A model generated the notes under the pieces. The model had not been told where the DNA came from. It searched no databases and saw only the letters and a list, made by a program, of their open reading frames with translations. DNA of 57,811 nt from the IMG/VR virus record IMGVR_UViG_3300042539_000942; one strand, 5' to 3'. Source of the stretch: an uncultured virus (IMG/VR IMGVR_UViG_3300042539_000942) (Duplodnaviria; Heunggongvirae; Uroviricota; Caudoviricetes). Within the stretch, counting starts at the first letter, position 1. Each line of letters opens with the position of its first letter. Of the stretch, positions 9,517 to 17,939 are shown one piece after another. A program made the position numbers and the translations under genes.

Positions 9517-10427
9517 AAATCGTAATTTGGGGATACCCACTTCATACCCATACCCATTCATACATTCATAACGGATTTAAAAAAGGATTTGAACATCTTG
9601 GTCAAGAAGTTTATTGGTTTCATGATGAAGATTATCCAGAAGATTTTGATTATGATGACTGTGTTTTTCTCACCGAAGGATTTGCTGATAAAAACATTCC
9701 TCTGAGAAAAACTAGTACATACTTTGTACATGTATGCGTAAATCCTGAAAAGTATTTGGGTAACGTCAAAAAATTAATTGATGTCCGTTACTTGCAGGAA
9801 AGTATGGACAAAGATAATTATGAATTTGTTTTGGATCGTTCCAATTGTGAAGAACTTGATAGAGGAGTTTTGTACGATAAAAACTCTAAAGAGTATGACA
9901 TTGTTTATGCTGCTTGGGCAACTGATCTTTTACCCCATGAAATTAATGATGAATGGGTAAACATTGAAAGAGAAAATCATTATTATTTTGTTGGCAGTGT
10001 AAGTGGTACTGGAAGATTTGCAAATGCACAATTGATTCAGCAGTTTGTAGATTGTTGTTCTGAAAACAACATAGGTTTTACATACATCAATCCTTGGCAA
10101 ACTCCTATTAGTGATGAAGAAAATCGCATCATTACTCAAAGAAGTATTCTATCACCAGACTTTCGTAATGTGACTCATAAAAAGTGGGGATACCTTGCGT
10201 GTAGATTGGTGAAGAGTATTAGTTATGGTCACTTGGGGATGACAAATTCACCAATTAATGCTAGATTTATTGATGATAGTATCGTGTGTGAAAATGAAAT
10301 TCCTAAGTTATTTGAACAAGGAATGAAACTCAAAGATGATAAAGACATAATTCTTCACCAGATGAATGTAGTTAGAAATCATCATACTTATCTGAATCGT
10401 ATCAATGGATTGCTTAAGTTAGTATGA
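9513..10427 (+). CDS. Putative GT-B glycosyltransferase (CgeB-like C-terminus)
   Basis: GFKKGFEHLGQEV, YFVGS, C-terminal NHHTYLNRI. Confidence 0.55.
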   Translation: MKIVIWGYPLHTHTHSYIHNGFKKGFEHLGQEVYWFHDEDYPEDFDYDDCVFLTEGFADKNIPLRKTSTYFVHVCVNPEKYLGNVKKLIDVRYLQESMDKDNYEFVLDRSNCEELDRGVLYDKNSKEYDIVYAAWATDLLPHEINDEWVNIERENHYYFVGSVSGTGRFANAQLIQQFVDCCSENNIGFTYINPWQTPISDEENRIITQRSILSPDFRNVTHKKWGYLACRLVKSISYGHLGMTNSPINARFIDDSIVCENEIPKLFEQGMKLKDDKDIILHQMNVVRNHHTYLNRINGLLKLV

Positions 10428-11140
10428 ACTTATCTGTTTTTCATCAGTGCTATAAACAAAAAGTAGCAACTAAGGAATGTATCAAAGCATTCCGAAGATT
10501 TTATCCAAAAAATAATTATTTTTTAATTTCTGATGGAGGGGATGATTTCTCAGATCTTGCATCAGAATTTAATTGTAGTTATTATCATGATCCAGTTAAT
10601 CTTGGATACAGAGATCATACTCATGAATCTGGAATTTATGGTATGACTAAAGATGAGGTCTTGCTCTGGTTAGGAAGATTTAAACTTGCCTGTGAGATTA
10701 ATGATACCAAATACATTTTAATGATGGAGGATGATGTTCTTGTTCGTGGTGAGATAACAATTCCAGAAGATACAGAGTTTGCTGGGTTGGGAATTCCTGG
10801 AAATAAATTTCAACCAGAATTTATGAATTATTTGATTCATAAGTATGATGTTGAATTTAACGTAGATTACTATGGAACTCCTGGAGGAAGTATTTTTAAT
10901 GCTCATACATTCCTGGAGAATTATGATAGGGTTATTCAAATTTTTCAGGCAGAATTTGATTACATCAAAGACAACTTATCTGGCAATTTAGGATGGGTTG
11001 ATGTTTGGATGCCAACTTATTATTTTCTTTGTGGTAAAAAGTTTACACAAAATCCCAATTTGACAGAAACAACAAGGTGCTATGATTGGGAATTTTCAAA
11101 TTATTCTTTAGTTCATCAATTTAAAAAATACTATGTCTAA
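10424..11140 (+). CDS. Putative GT-A glycosyltransferase
   Basis: LISDGG, NLGY, MMEDDV (DXD-like); operon context. Confidence 0.5.
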   Translation: MNLSVFHQCYKQKVATKECIKAFRRFYPKNNYFLISDGGDDFSDLASEFNCSYYHDPVNLGYRDHTHESGIYGMTKDEVLLWLGRFKLACEINDTKYILMMEDDVLVRGEITIPEDTEFAGLGIPGNKFQPEFMNYLIHKYDVEFNVDYYGTPGGSIFNAHTFLENYDRVIQIFQAEFDYIKDNLSGNLGWVDVWMPTYYFLCGKKFTQNPNLTETTRCYDWEFSNYSLVHQFKKYYV

Positions 11141-11990
11141 GATTACATTCGGATACATTGTTGGTGGAGAAGATAAACATTATAATAATCTTCTTCGTTC
11201 TATGGAATCCCTGGAAAGAATTAAACAACCTTATGAAATTATTATCTTAGATGCAGATGGTCGTCTTCAGATGGAGGATGATAATCCAAATGTTCGTATT
11301 ATTCATTTTCCTGTAGATGAAGAGAAGGATGGTTCTTGGTTTAAACCTCATTATTGGCAGATGCGTTATCATCTGAATAAGTATCTGGAAACCGATCATT
11401 GTTTCTACATGGATACTGATACTGTGATTGTCAATGATAGAGTTGATGAACTGATTGAAGAAGCAGAAGATAAATTTCTAATCTGCAATCACTGGTGGGT
11501 TCCTACACTGGATGCTTATCTTAGGAATGTGAGAGTGAATTTAGGATTGGTAGATCACCTTCTAGATACTAATAACCTTGACATACCTTACTTTGCATCT
11601 GGGTTGTTTCTTTTTCAGAAAGAAAAGCATGATGCTCTCTTTGAAATTTTCTTAAAGAAATTTAATAGCATCTTTGAGAATCTTCCTAATAACACAAATG
11701 CACATGGCATTACTGATGAACTCCTTCTTGCTTTGTCTTTAGAGGACTTTAAAAATTATAAAATGACGAATGGTTCTATGAACCACAGTTCTGAACAAGA
11801 TCAAATGCCATTGACTTATAAGGATGGAACATTCTGGGGTAAAAATCCACAGGATGATGAGTTCAAAAAAGTATTTGCATTTCATAATGATACTCTTGAA
11901 TTCTACACTCTTTCTTATTTCAGAAAACCTGGATCTGTGAACGAAGAATTCATTGAGAATTTCAAAAAAGTTTGTTTGATTTCGTCATGA
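11133..11990 (+). CDS. GT8-like glycosyltransferase
   Basis: FYMDTDT (DXD), YFASGLFLF, TDELLL. Confidence 0.6.
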   Translation: MSKITFGYIVGGEDKHYNNLLRSMESLERIKQPYEIIILDADGRLQMEDDNPNVRIIHFPVDEEKDGSWFKPHYWQMRYHLNKYLETDHCFYMDTDTVIVNDRVDELIEEAEDKFLICNHWWVPTLDAYLRNVRVNLGLVDHLLDTNNLDIPYFASGLFLFQKEKHDALFEIFLKKFNSIFENLPNNTNAHGITDELLLALSLEDFKNYKMTNGSMNHSSEQDQMPLTYKDGTFWGKNPQDDEFKKVFAFHNDTLEFYTLSYFRKPGSVNEEFIENFKKVCLISS

Positions 11991-12952
11991 AAATAGCATT
12001 AGTTGGTCCTGGTATTATACCCATCCCACCTAAGGGATGGGGTGCAGTAGAATCTCTTATTTGGGATTATGCTACGGAACTTGGAGAACTTGGTCATGAG
12101 GGATCAATCATCAATACTCCAGATCCAAATCAAATTATAAGGGAGTTGCAATCCGATGATTATGATTTTATACATGTTCATTATGATGTTTTTTATCCTC
12201 TCATGGATTACATTCATTCTGCATGTCCTAAGGCAAAACTTGCGATAAGTTCACACTATCCATACATTGATCAACCAGAAAAACATAAGTATGATGGGTA
12301 TGATAGGATTTATGAATGGTTGATTCATAATGATAAGTATTATAATTTTTGTATCTCTAGAAAAGATTACGAAACATATAAAGCAGATGGAGCACCATTA
12401 GACAAACTTTTAGTTTGTGAAAATGGGGCATCTCATCGTAGTTATGTCTTTCAGGAGAAAGCAGTTAAACCAGATAAAACTCTGTATCTTGGTAAGATTG
12501 AACCAAGAAAAAGACAGTATGTTTATCAGAGTATAGATAGTATAGAATTCGTTGGGCATTATACCAATACAACGTCTTTTGATCCTAATAAAAATTATCT
12601 TGGAGAATGGGAACATGAACATAAGTTGCAGCATGTAACTGATTATGGTAACATGTTACTTCTATCTGATGGAGAGAATGGAACTCCGTTAGTAATTAAA
12701 GAAGCACTTATTTCAGGATTGGGTGTAGTCATATCACAATACGCAGCACATGATCTTGATAAATCTCTTCCATTTGTTACGGTAATACCTGATGATAAAT
12801 GGAATGATGTTGAGTATGTTGAGAAAGAACTAATTAAAAATAGGGAAATTTCAATTACAATGAGAAGTGAAATTCGTAGTTATGGTGTGAATAATTTTTC
12901 TTGGGAACATCTTGTCAAACTGTATGTTAAAAACATTGAGGAAATGAAATGA
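11987..12952 (+). CDS. GT4-like (GT-B) glycosyltransferase
   Basis: PIPPKGWGAVE, LGKIEPRKRQ, ENGTPLVIKEALISGLGVV; ATG 11987 in ATGA overlap. Confidence 0.8.
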   Translation: MKIALVGPGIIPIPPKGWGAVESLIWDYATELGELGHEGSIINTPDPNQIIRELQSDDYDFIHVHYDVFYPLMDYIHSACPKAKLAISSHYPYIDQPEKHKYDGYDRIYEWLIHNDKYYNFCISRKDYETYKADGAPLDKLLVCENGASHRSYVFQEKAVKPDKTLYLGKIEPRKRQYVYQSIDSIEFVGHYTNTTSFDPNKNYLGEWEHEHKLQHVTDYGNMLLLSDGENGTPLVIKEALISGLGVVISQYAAHDLDKSLPFVTVIPDDKWNDVEYVEKELIKNREISITMRSEIRSYGVNNFSWEHLVKLYVKNIEEMK

Positions 12953-14715
12953 AGATTAGCATTGTTGGTCCTGGATTGATGCCAATTCCACCTAAAGGAT
13001 GGGGTGCTGTTGAGTCTCTTATCTGGGACATGAGCAATGCACTTCAAGAACTTGGGCATGAGGTTCAAATCATCAACACTACAGATGCAAATGAAGTTTT
13101 AAAGTTGATCAACGATTTTAATCCAGACTTTGTGCATGTAAATTATGATGACTTTATTGTTCTCTATCCATTTATCAGTAAACCAAAGGCAATGACATCG
13201 CACTTTGGTTATCTTGAAAGACCAGACATGATGAATGGTTATGTAAACATTTTCAATAAGTTTACTGAAATTAAACCAAACATCTTTTGTTTGTCAGAAG
13301 GCATTAAAAAAATCTATAAGATCTTTAGTTCTTTTCCTGAGGAAAAACTTTTTGTTTCTCCGAATGGTGTCAATCTAAATGCATTTAAGTTTACTTCAGA
13401 ACCAAAGTATTCTGATAGAAGCATTTACCTTGCTAAGATTGATTATAGAAAACGTCAAAATCTTTTTCAAGAAATTGAAAGTCTTTACTTTGCTGGGAAC
13501 ATCGTAGATGAAAGATACGACACTAAAAATAATTATCTAGGTGAGTGGTCAAAGGAACAACTGTTTCAAGAACTTACTGACTATGGAAATCTTGTTTTAC
13601 TGAGTGATGGAGAGGCACACTCTCTTGTCATCATGGAAGCATTTGCTGCAGGATTGGGAGTTGTAATTAGTGAATTTGCTACATCTAACTTAGATCTTTC
13701 CAAAGAATTTATTACGGTTATTCCTGAGAAAAAAATTAATGACATAAACTTTGTAGAGGATGCTATAATTAAGAATAGAGAATACTCTATACTTCATCGT
13801 GAAGAAATTCGTGAGTATGCAAAAGAATTTGAATGGAAAAATGTACTACAAAGACATTACATTCCAAACATTGAAAAACTTATTCGAGAAGAACAAAAGA
13901 ACACTCTCATGACTTACAGTATTAATTACTCTGAAAACAATAAATCTAAAAATAAACTTTCTGGATTTGGTCCTCTTTACTATATTAATCTCGATGGACA
14001 ACCAGAACGAGATGCTGAAATGCAAAAGATGCTTAATTACTGGGAAATTGATGCGACTCGTATCTCTGCTTATGATGGTAGAGATGATGATCTGAGTGAA
14101 ATTATTTCGGGTCGTTATCCTGAAGGAATTACTTCAGGTGAGGTTGGATGTGTTACCTCACATCTGAAAGCAATTAAGCATTGGTATGATACGTCAGATA
14201 GTGACTATGCTATTTTTGCCGAAGATGATGTGAGTTTTGACACTGCTAGATTTTGGAAATTTAATTGGAAGGAATTCTTTTCAAAACTTCCTTACGATTG
14301 GGACTGTGTTCAACTTGCGATCATTAATCCTGGTGCTGTGTATGCAAACATCCACCTGCGTTGGGTAAATGATTTTTCAACTGCTTGTTACATGATTACA
14401 AGACATCATGCAGAGAAGTTGATTAAACTGCATTGTAGGGGCGATAAGTATAAATTGGATAATGGAGTTGCTCCTCGTGCAGTTGCTGATGATTTAATCT
14501 ATAATTGTGGTAAGACATACGCTATACCTCTCTTCCATTATAAGATTGAATTGGGGTCATCCATTCACCCAGAACATCTTGAAATTTTCCATAGATCTTC
14601 CTATACTGGCATTCTAGATTATTGGAGAGAGACTGCTTCTAGAATGGAAGATCAAACTGTTCTCTTTAACTACGATCCTTATCTTGGTAGACTTCCACCA
14701 GAGGCAAATAAGTAG
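12949..14715 (+). CDS. GT4-like domain fused to a GT25 (LPS beta-galactosyltransferase-like) domain
   Basis: N-half paralogous to the upstream gene (PIPPKGWGAVE, EAHSLVIMEAFAAG); C-half YYINLD...R, GEVGCVTSH, FAEDD, STACYMI. Confidence 0.8.
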   Translation: MKISIVGPGLMPIPPKGWGAVESLIWDMSNALQELGHEVQIINTTDANEVLKLINDFNPDFVHVNYDDFIVLYPFISKPKAMTSHFGYLERPDMMNGYVNIFNKFTEIKPNIFCLSEGIKKIYKIFSSFPEEKLFVSPNGVNLNAFKFTSEPKYSDRSIYLAKIDYRKRQNLFQEIESLYFAGNIVDERYDTKNNYLGEWSKEQLFQELTDYGNLVLLSDGEAHSLVIMEAFAAGLGVVISEFATSNLDLSKEFITVIPEKKINDINFVEDAIIKNREYSILHREEIREYAKEFEWKNVLQRHYIPNIEKLIREEQKNTLMTYSINYSENNKSKNKLSGFGPLYYINLDGQPERDAEMQKMLNYWEIDATRISAYDGRDDDLSEIISGRYPEGITSGEVGCVTSHLKAIKHWYDTSDSDYAIFAEDDVSFDTARFWKFNWKEFFSKLPYDWDCVQLAIINPGAVYANIHLRWVNDFSTACYMITRHHAEKLIKLHCRGDKYKLDNGVAPRAVADDLIYNCGKTYAIPLFHYKIELGSSIHPEHLEIFHRSSYTGILDYWRETASRMEDQTVLFNYDPYLGRLPPEANK

Positions 14716-14749
14716 TAATAAATACTCACTGAAGTTAGGGTTCACTAAC

Positions 14750-14776
14750 AGGGATGCTTGACATCCCTTTATTTTT
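14750..14776 (+). terminator. Intrinsic terminator ending the glycan operon; its loop carries the -35 box of the hli promoter
   Basis: agggatg-cttga-catccct followed by ttattttt. Confidence 0.75.
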
Positions 14777-14786
14777 GCTATATAAT
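14758..14786 (+). promoter_or_regulatory. Consensus sigma70 (early/host-like) promoter for the hli cluster
   Basis: TTGACA (14758-63), 17 nt, TATAAT (14781-86). Confidence 0.85.
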
Positions 14787-14813
14787 ACTGTAACAATTCG
14801 TAATAAAACGAAA

Positions 14814-15008
14814 ATGACTGTAACAAGTAACGAGTATGGACAACAAAACATGTGGGCAAAGGAGCCTACGATGTACTATGAAAACTATGGGATGCTGACT
14901 CCCAATCTAGTAAAGGAGAGGACTAATGGGCGCTGGGCAATGGTCGGTTTTGTTGCTGGGATCATTTCTTATATTAGCACTGGTAACTTCTTCTTCGGGA
15001 TCTTCTGA
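14814..15008 (+). CDS. hli: High-light inducible protein (64 aa)
   Basis: MTVTSNEYGQQNMWAKEP N-terminus and KERTNGRWAMVGF chlorophyll-binding helix motif. Start is ATG 14814 because the ORF-track start lies upstream of the promoter. Confidence 0.9.
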   Translation: MTVTSNEYGQQNMWAKEPTMYYENYGMLTPNLVKERTNGRWAMVGFVAGIISYISTGNFFFGIF

Positions 15009-15094
15009 TGACTGAACTAATCTGGGTCACAACTTCAGTTGCATTTTTTGTACTTTTGGGTTATGCTGTAGAGAAACTTGCAGAAACATACTGA
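15008..15094 (+). CDS. 28-aa single-pass membrane peptide MTELIWVTTSVAFFVLLGYAVEKLAETY
   Basis: TGATG coupling at both ends; hydrophobic core; below the ORF-track cutoff. Confidence 0.55.
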   Translation: MTELIWVTTSVAFFVLLGYAVEKLAETY

Positions 15095-15273
15095 TGAGTG
15101 CTACAGTGACAACTGGTGACATGCTAGGGCAACTTAGTATTGCCCTTCAACAACTTGTAGAAGAAGGTGCTTGGGGTAGAGATGATCAACTTAAAGTTTG
15201 TATCGCAGGCACATTATCAAAAGACAAATTTATTGTTATACAAAACACTACTAAAAGGGAAAAATCAAAATGA
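15094..15273 (+). CDS. 59-aa hypothetical protein (MSATVTTGDMLGQLSIALQQLV...)
   Basis: TGATG start overlap and ATGA stop overlap with the next hli. Confidence 0.55.
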   Translation: MSATVTTGDMLGQLSIALQQLVEEGAWGRDDQLKVCIAGTLSKDKFIVIQNTTKREKSK

Positions 15274-15389
15274 AAAATCTTTTTACTGAAAAAGCAGAGC
15301 GTATTAATGGTTGGTTTGCAATGATTGGATTTGTTGCTGCTGCTGGATCTTATCTTGTCACTGGGCAAATTATTCCTGGAGTATTTTGA
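15270..15389 (+). CDS. hli: High-light inducible protein, short phage/multicopy type (39 aa)
   Basis: MKNLFTEKAERINGWFAMIGFVAAAGSYLVTGQIIPGVF: AERxNG motif and C-terminal TGQIIPGxF. Confidence 0.9.
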   Translation: MKNLFTEKAERINGWFAMIGFVAAAGSYLVTGQIIPGVF

Positions 15390-15428
15390 TCATTGAGATT
15401 TCTAAATATCTTAGAATAATTTAATAAA

Positions 15429-15587
15429 ATGCCAAGAGGAAAAATTACAAAAGATGAATTGAAGACTTTTATTTTTAAACTTAAAGTCCAATTGAATAAT
15501 TCACATCATGATAATTATCACAGTAAAGAATTAGCAAATTCTTATCTTGGTAAAGTATTAGATAAACTTGATGAATTTAGGGAATAA
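15429..15587 (+). CDS. 52-aa hypothetical protein (MPRGKITKDELK...LDKLDEFRE)
   Basis: Clean ORF filling the gap; CTAAATA late-like box ~20 nt upstream. Confidence 0.55.
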   Translation: MPRGKITKDELKTFIFKLKVQLNNSHHDNYHSKELANSYLGKVLDKLDEFRE

Positions 15588-15592
15588 GTCAT

Positions 15593-15630
15593 TTGACAAT
15601 TATTAAGAATGATGATAAACTAAATAGGTA
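15593..15630 (+). promoter_or_regulatory. Sigma70 promoter overlapped by a late-like box, upstream of the porin
   Basis: TTGACA (15593-98), 17 nt, TAAACT (15616-21) preceded by TG-n; CTAAATA at 15620-26. Confidence 0.6.
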
Positions 15631-15688
15631 CTTGAGTTCTTGCTGTAAGAATTCTTAACATTTGTCGTTTAGTACATACAAAATTTTT

Positions 15689-17170
15689 ATGAAATTTAAA
15701 AAATTGATGCTTGCACCTGTTGCATTTGGAATGATTGCTCCTGTTGCCTCTGCAGCAGACCTTAACATGGCAGCAGTCAATCAATATACTTCCTCTGAGC
15801 AGGTCACAAGCATCACTCAATTGTCTGATGTAAAGCCCACTGATTGGGCTTATCAGGCACTCAACAATCTTGTTGAGCGTTATGGTTGCGTTGCTGGTTA
15901 TGAAAACGGAACTTATCTTGGTGGTAAGTCTATGACCCGTTTTGAAGCAGCAGCACTTCTGAATGCTTGTCTGGATCGCGTAACGGAAGCAACTGATGAA
16001 CTCCAACGTCTTTCTAAAGAGTTTGCTGATGAACTTCTCGTTATTCGTGGTCGTGTTGCCAAACTTGAAAAGCAAGTTGGTCAACTTCAGGCAACTCAGT
16101 TCTCTACCACCACTAAACTGCGTGGTGAAGCAAACTTCGTTCTTGGTGGTGTAGAAGGTGCCAAACTTGCTAATGGAACTAACGTAGGCAATACTGCATT
16201 CAACTACGATCTTCGCCTGAACTTTGATACATCGTTCACTGGTAAGGACCTGCTCCGCACTCGTCTGCGTTCTGGTAACTTCTCCAGTCAACCTTTTGGT
16301 TCTTCTTCCTCACTGTTCAAACTTGACAAGGCAGAGACTTATGCAAACCAAGTACAACTTGACCGTCTGTACTACAGTTTTCCTGGACTTGCTAAGGGTG
16401 TAACTCTGACTGCTGGTGCTATCGTTCGTAACACTGAGATGGCTTGGGTTCCTACCGCATATAAGTCGGACATCCTTGACTTCTTCTCCGTTGCTGGTGC
16501 TCCTGGTGTCTATAACAAGGCAACTGGTTCTGGTTTCGGTGCTCAGTGGGCACAAGCAGGTAAGAAAGGTTTCGTTGCCAACCTGAACTATGTTGCTCAG
16601 AGTGGATCTGATTCTACCAAAGGTGAGTTTAATGCTGCTGGCGGTCTGAATACTCTGGCACAAGTTGGTTACCGTGCTCCTCAGTATGGTATCGCATTCG
16701 GTTATCGTAATGGTACTGAAGGCACCCGTGTTCGTACCTTTAACGGTCTTGCTGGTAATGGTGGTACTCTTGCTGCTAATCAAACCTCTAACGGGTATGC
16801 TCTGAATGCTTATTGGCAACCCAAGAAGTCGGGTATCATTCCTTCAGTTTCTGCTGCTTATGGTTGGAACTATGTTGATGGTCCTGCAACTCCTAAAGCT
16901 GCCACCAATTCTCAAACTTGGATGGCAGGTGTTCAGTGGAGTGATGTGTTTGCTAAGGGCAATGCTGCTGGTTTCGCCATCGGTGCTCCTGGTAATGCTG
17001 CTTCTCTGAAGGATGATCAGAAGGCAATCATGTGGGAAGCATTCTATCGTTATAAAGTTAGCGATAACATCAGTGTGACTCCTGCGGTCTTCTATGTGTC
17101 TAACAATCAGGCATTTAGTGGCACTTCTTCCAACTATGGTGGTGTGATTCAGACTAAATTTACTTTCTGA
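15689..17170 (+). CDS. Cyanobacterial Som/OprB-type outer-membrane porin with N-terminal SLH domain
   Basis: Signal peptide ending ASA, SDVKPTDWAYQALNNLVERYGCVAGY (SLH), TRFEAAALLNACL, QFSTTTKLRGE, TSFTGKDLLRTRL, C-terminal TKFTF. Confidence 0.92.
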   Translation: MKFKKLMLAPVAFGMIAPVASAADLNMAAVNQYTSSEQVTSITQLSDVKPTDWAYQALNNLVERYGCVAGYENGTYLGGKSMTRFEAAALLNACLDRVTEATDELQRLSKEFADELLVIRGRVAKLEKQVGQLQATQFSTTTKLRGEANFVLGGVEGAKLANGTNVGNTAFNYDLRLNFDTSFTGKDLLRTRLRSGNFSSQPFGSSSSLFKLDKAETYANQVQLDRLYYSFPGLAKGVTLTAGAIVRNTEMAWVPTAYKSDILDFFSVAGAPGVYNKATGSGFGAQWAQAGKKGFVANLNYVAQSGSDSTKGEFNAAGGLNTLAQVGYRAPQYGIAFGYRNGTEGTRVRTFNGLAGNGGTLAANQTSNGYALNAYWQPKKSGIIPSVSAAYGWNYVDGPATPKAATNSQTWMAGVQWSDVFAKGNAAGFAIGAPGNAASLKDDQKAIMWEAFYRYKVSDNISVTPAVFYVSNNQAFSGTSSNYGGVIQTKFTF

Positions 17171-17192
17171 TAGATACTCATAAGTTGAGTAT

Positions 17193-17219
17193 AACCACCC
17201 CTTTCTGGGGTGGTTTTTT
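17193..17219 (+). terminator. Intrinsic terminator after the porin
   Basis: aaccacccc-tttct-ggggtggtt followed by tttt. Confidence 0.85.
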
Positions 17220-17223
17220 ATTT

Positions 17224-17231
17224 TATAAATA
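17224..17231 (+). promoter_or_regulatory. T4 late promoter
   Basis: Exact TATAAATA 25 nt upstream of ATG 17257. Confidence 0.8.
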
Positions 17232-17256
17232 CCTTAGTGTGTAAAATTATAAATCA

Positions 17257-17928
17257 ATGTCCTTAGATCTTCATAACTTTTTTAAATTTTATGATGATAG
17301 TAATGCGAATCACGTAGCAGCAGTTCAATGGTTAGAAGATAACCTGCCTGCTCAATTTCTTGATGATTCAGAAACTGATTGGATTGGCATTTATAGAACT
17401 AAACCACCTACACCAGCAGTTCTTGCAGTTCCATACTTTAATCAAGTAGACAACTATAGAGATGCACATAGAACTTGCAACAGTTCGTCATGTGCCATGT
17501 GTCTTGCTTTCCTTAAGCCAGGAAGTATTAAAGGAGATGATGAATACGTTAAGAAAGTATTTGCGATTGGTGACACTACAGACCATGCGGTTCAGACGAA
17601 AGTTCTCGCAGGTTATGGAGTTAAGTCTCACTTTAGCTACAATCTTTCTTTTGCTGATATTGATAAAAGTCTTGATGCTGGGAAACCTGTCGTTATTGGT
17701 ATCTTGCATCGTGGTCCTTTATCTGCTCCTACTGGCGGGCACATGTGTGTAGTCATCGGTAAGACGCCAGATGGTAAGGGTTATTATGTCAACGATCCTT
17801 ATGGTTCCCTCAACGATAACTATACTGGTCCAGTCACAAATGGTAAGAAGACCATTTACACCAAAGCAGTTCTTAAGCATCGTTGGTGCCCAGGTGGCAA
17901 CGATGGTTGGGGTAGAATTTTCGACTGA
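17257..17928 (+). CDS. C39-like (papain-fold) cysteine peptidase with an N-terminal accessory domain
   Basis: VPYFNQ, TCNSSSCAM (catalytic Cys), GHMCVVIG (His), VNDPYG (Asp). Confidence 0.8.
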   Translation: MSLDLHNFFKFYDDSNANHVAAVQWLEDNLPAQFLDDSETDWIGIYRTKPPTPAVLAVPYFNQVDNYRDAHRTCNSSSCAMCLAFLKPGSIKGDDEYVKKVFAIGDTTDHAVQTKVLAGYGVKSHFSYNLSFADIDKSLDAGKPVVIGILHRGPLSAPTGGHMCVVIGKTPDGKGYYVNDPYGSLNDNYTGPVTNGKKTIYTKAVLKHRWCPGGNDGWGRIFD

Positions 17929-17939
17929 GGAGAAAACTA

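Noticed and set aside
15620..16819. Long antisense ORFs over the porin (also over psbA, gp32 and the fibre gene)
   Set aside because: They mirror strongly biased sense codons and have no RBS or recognisable motifs.
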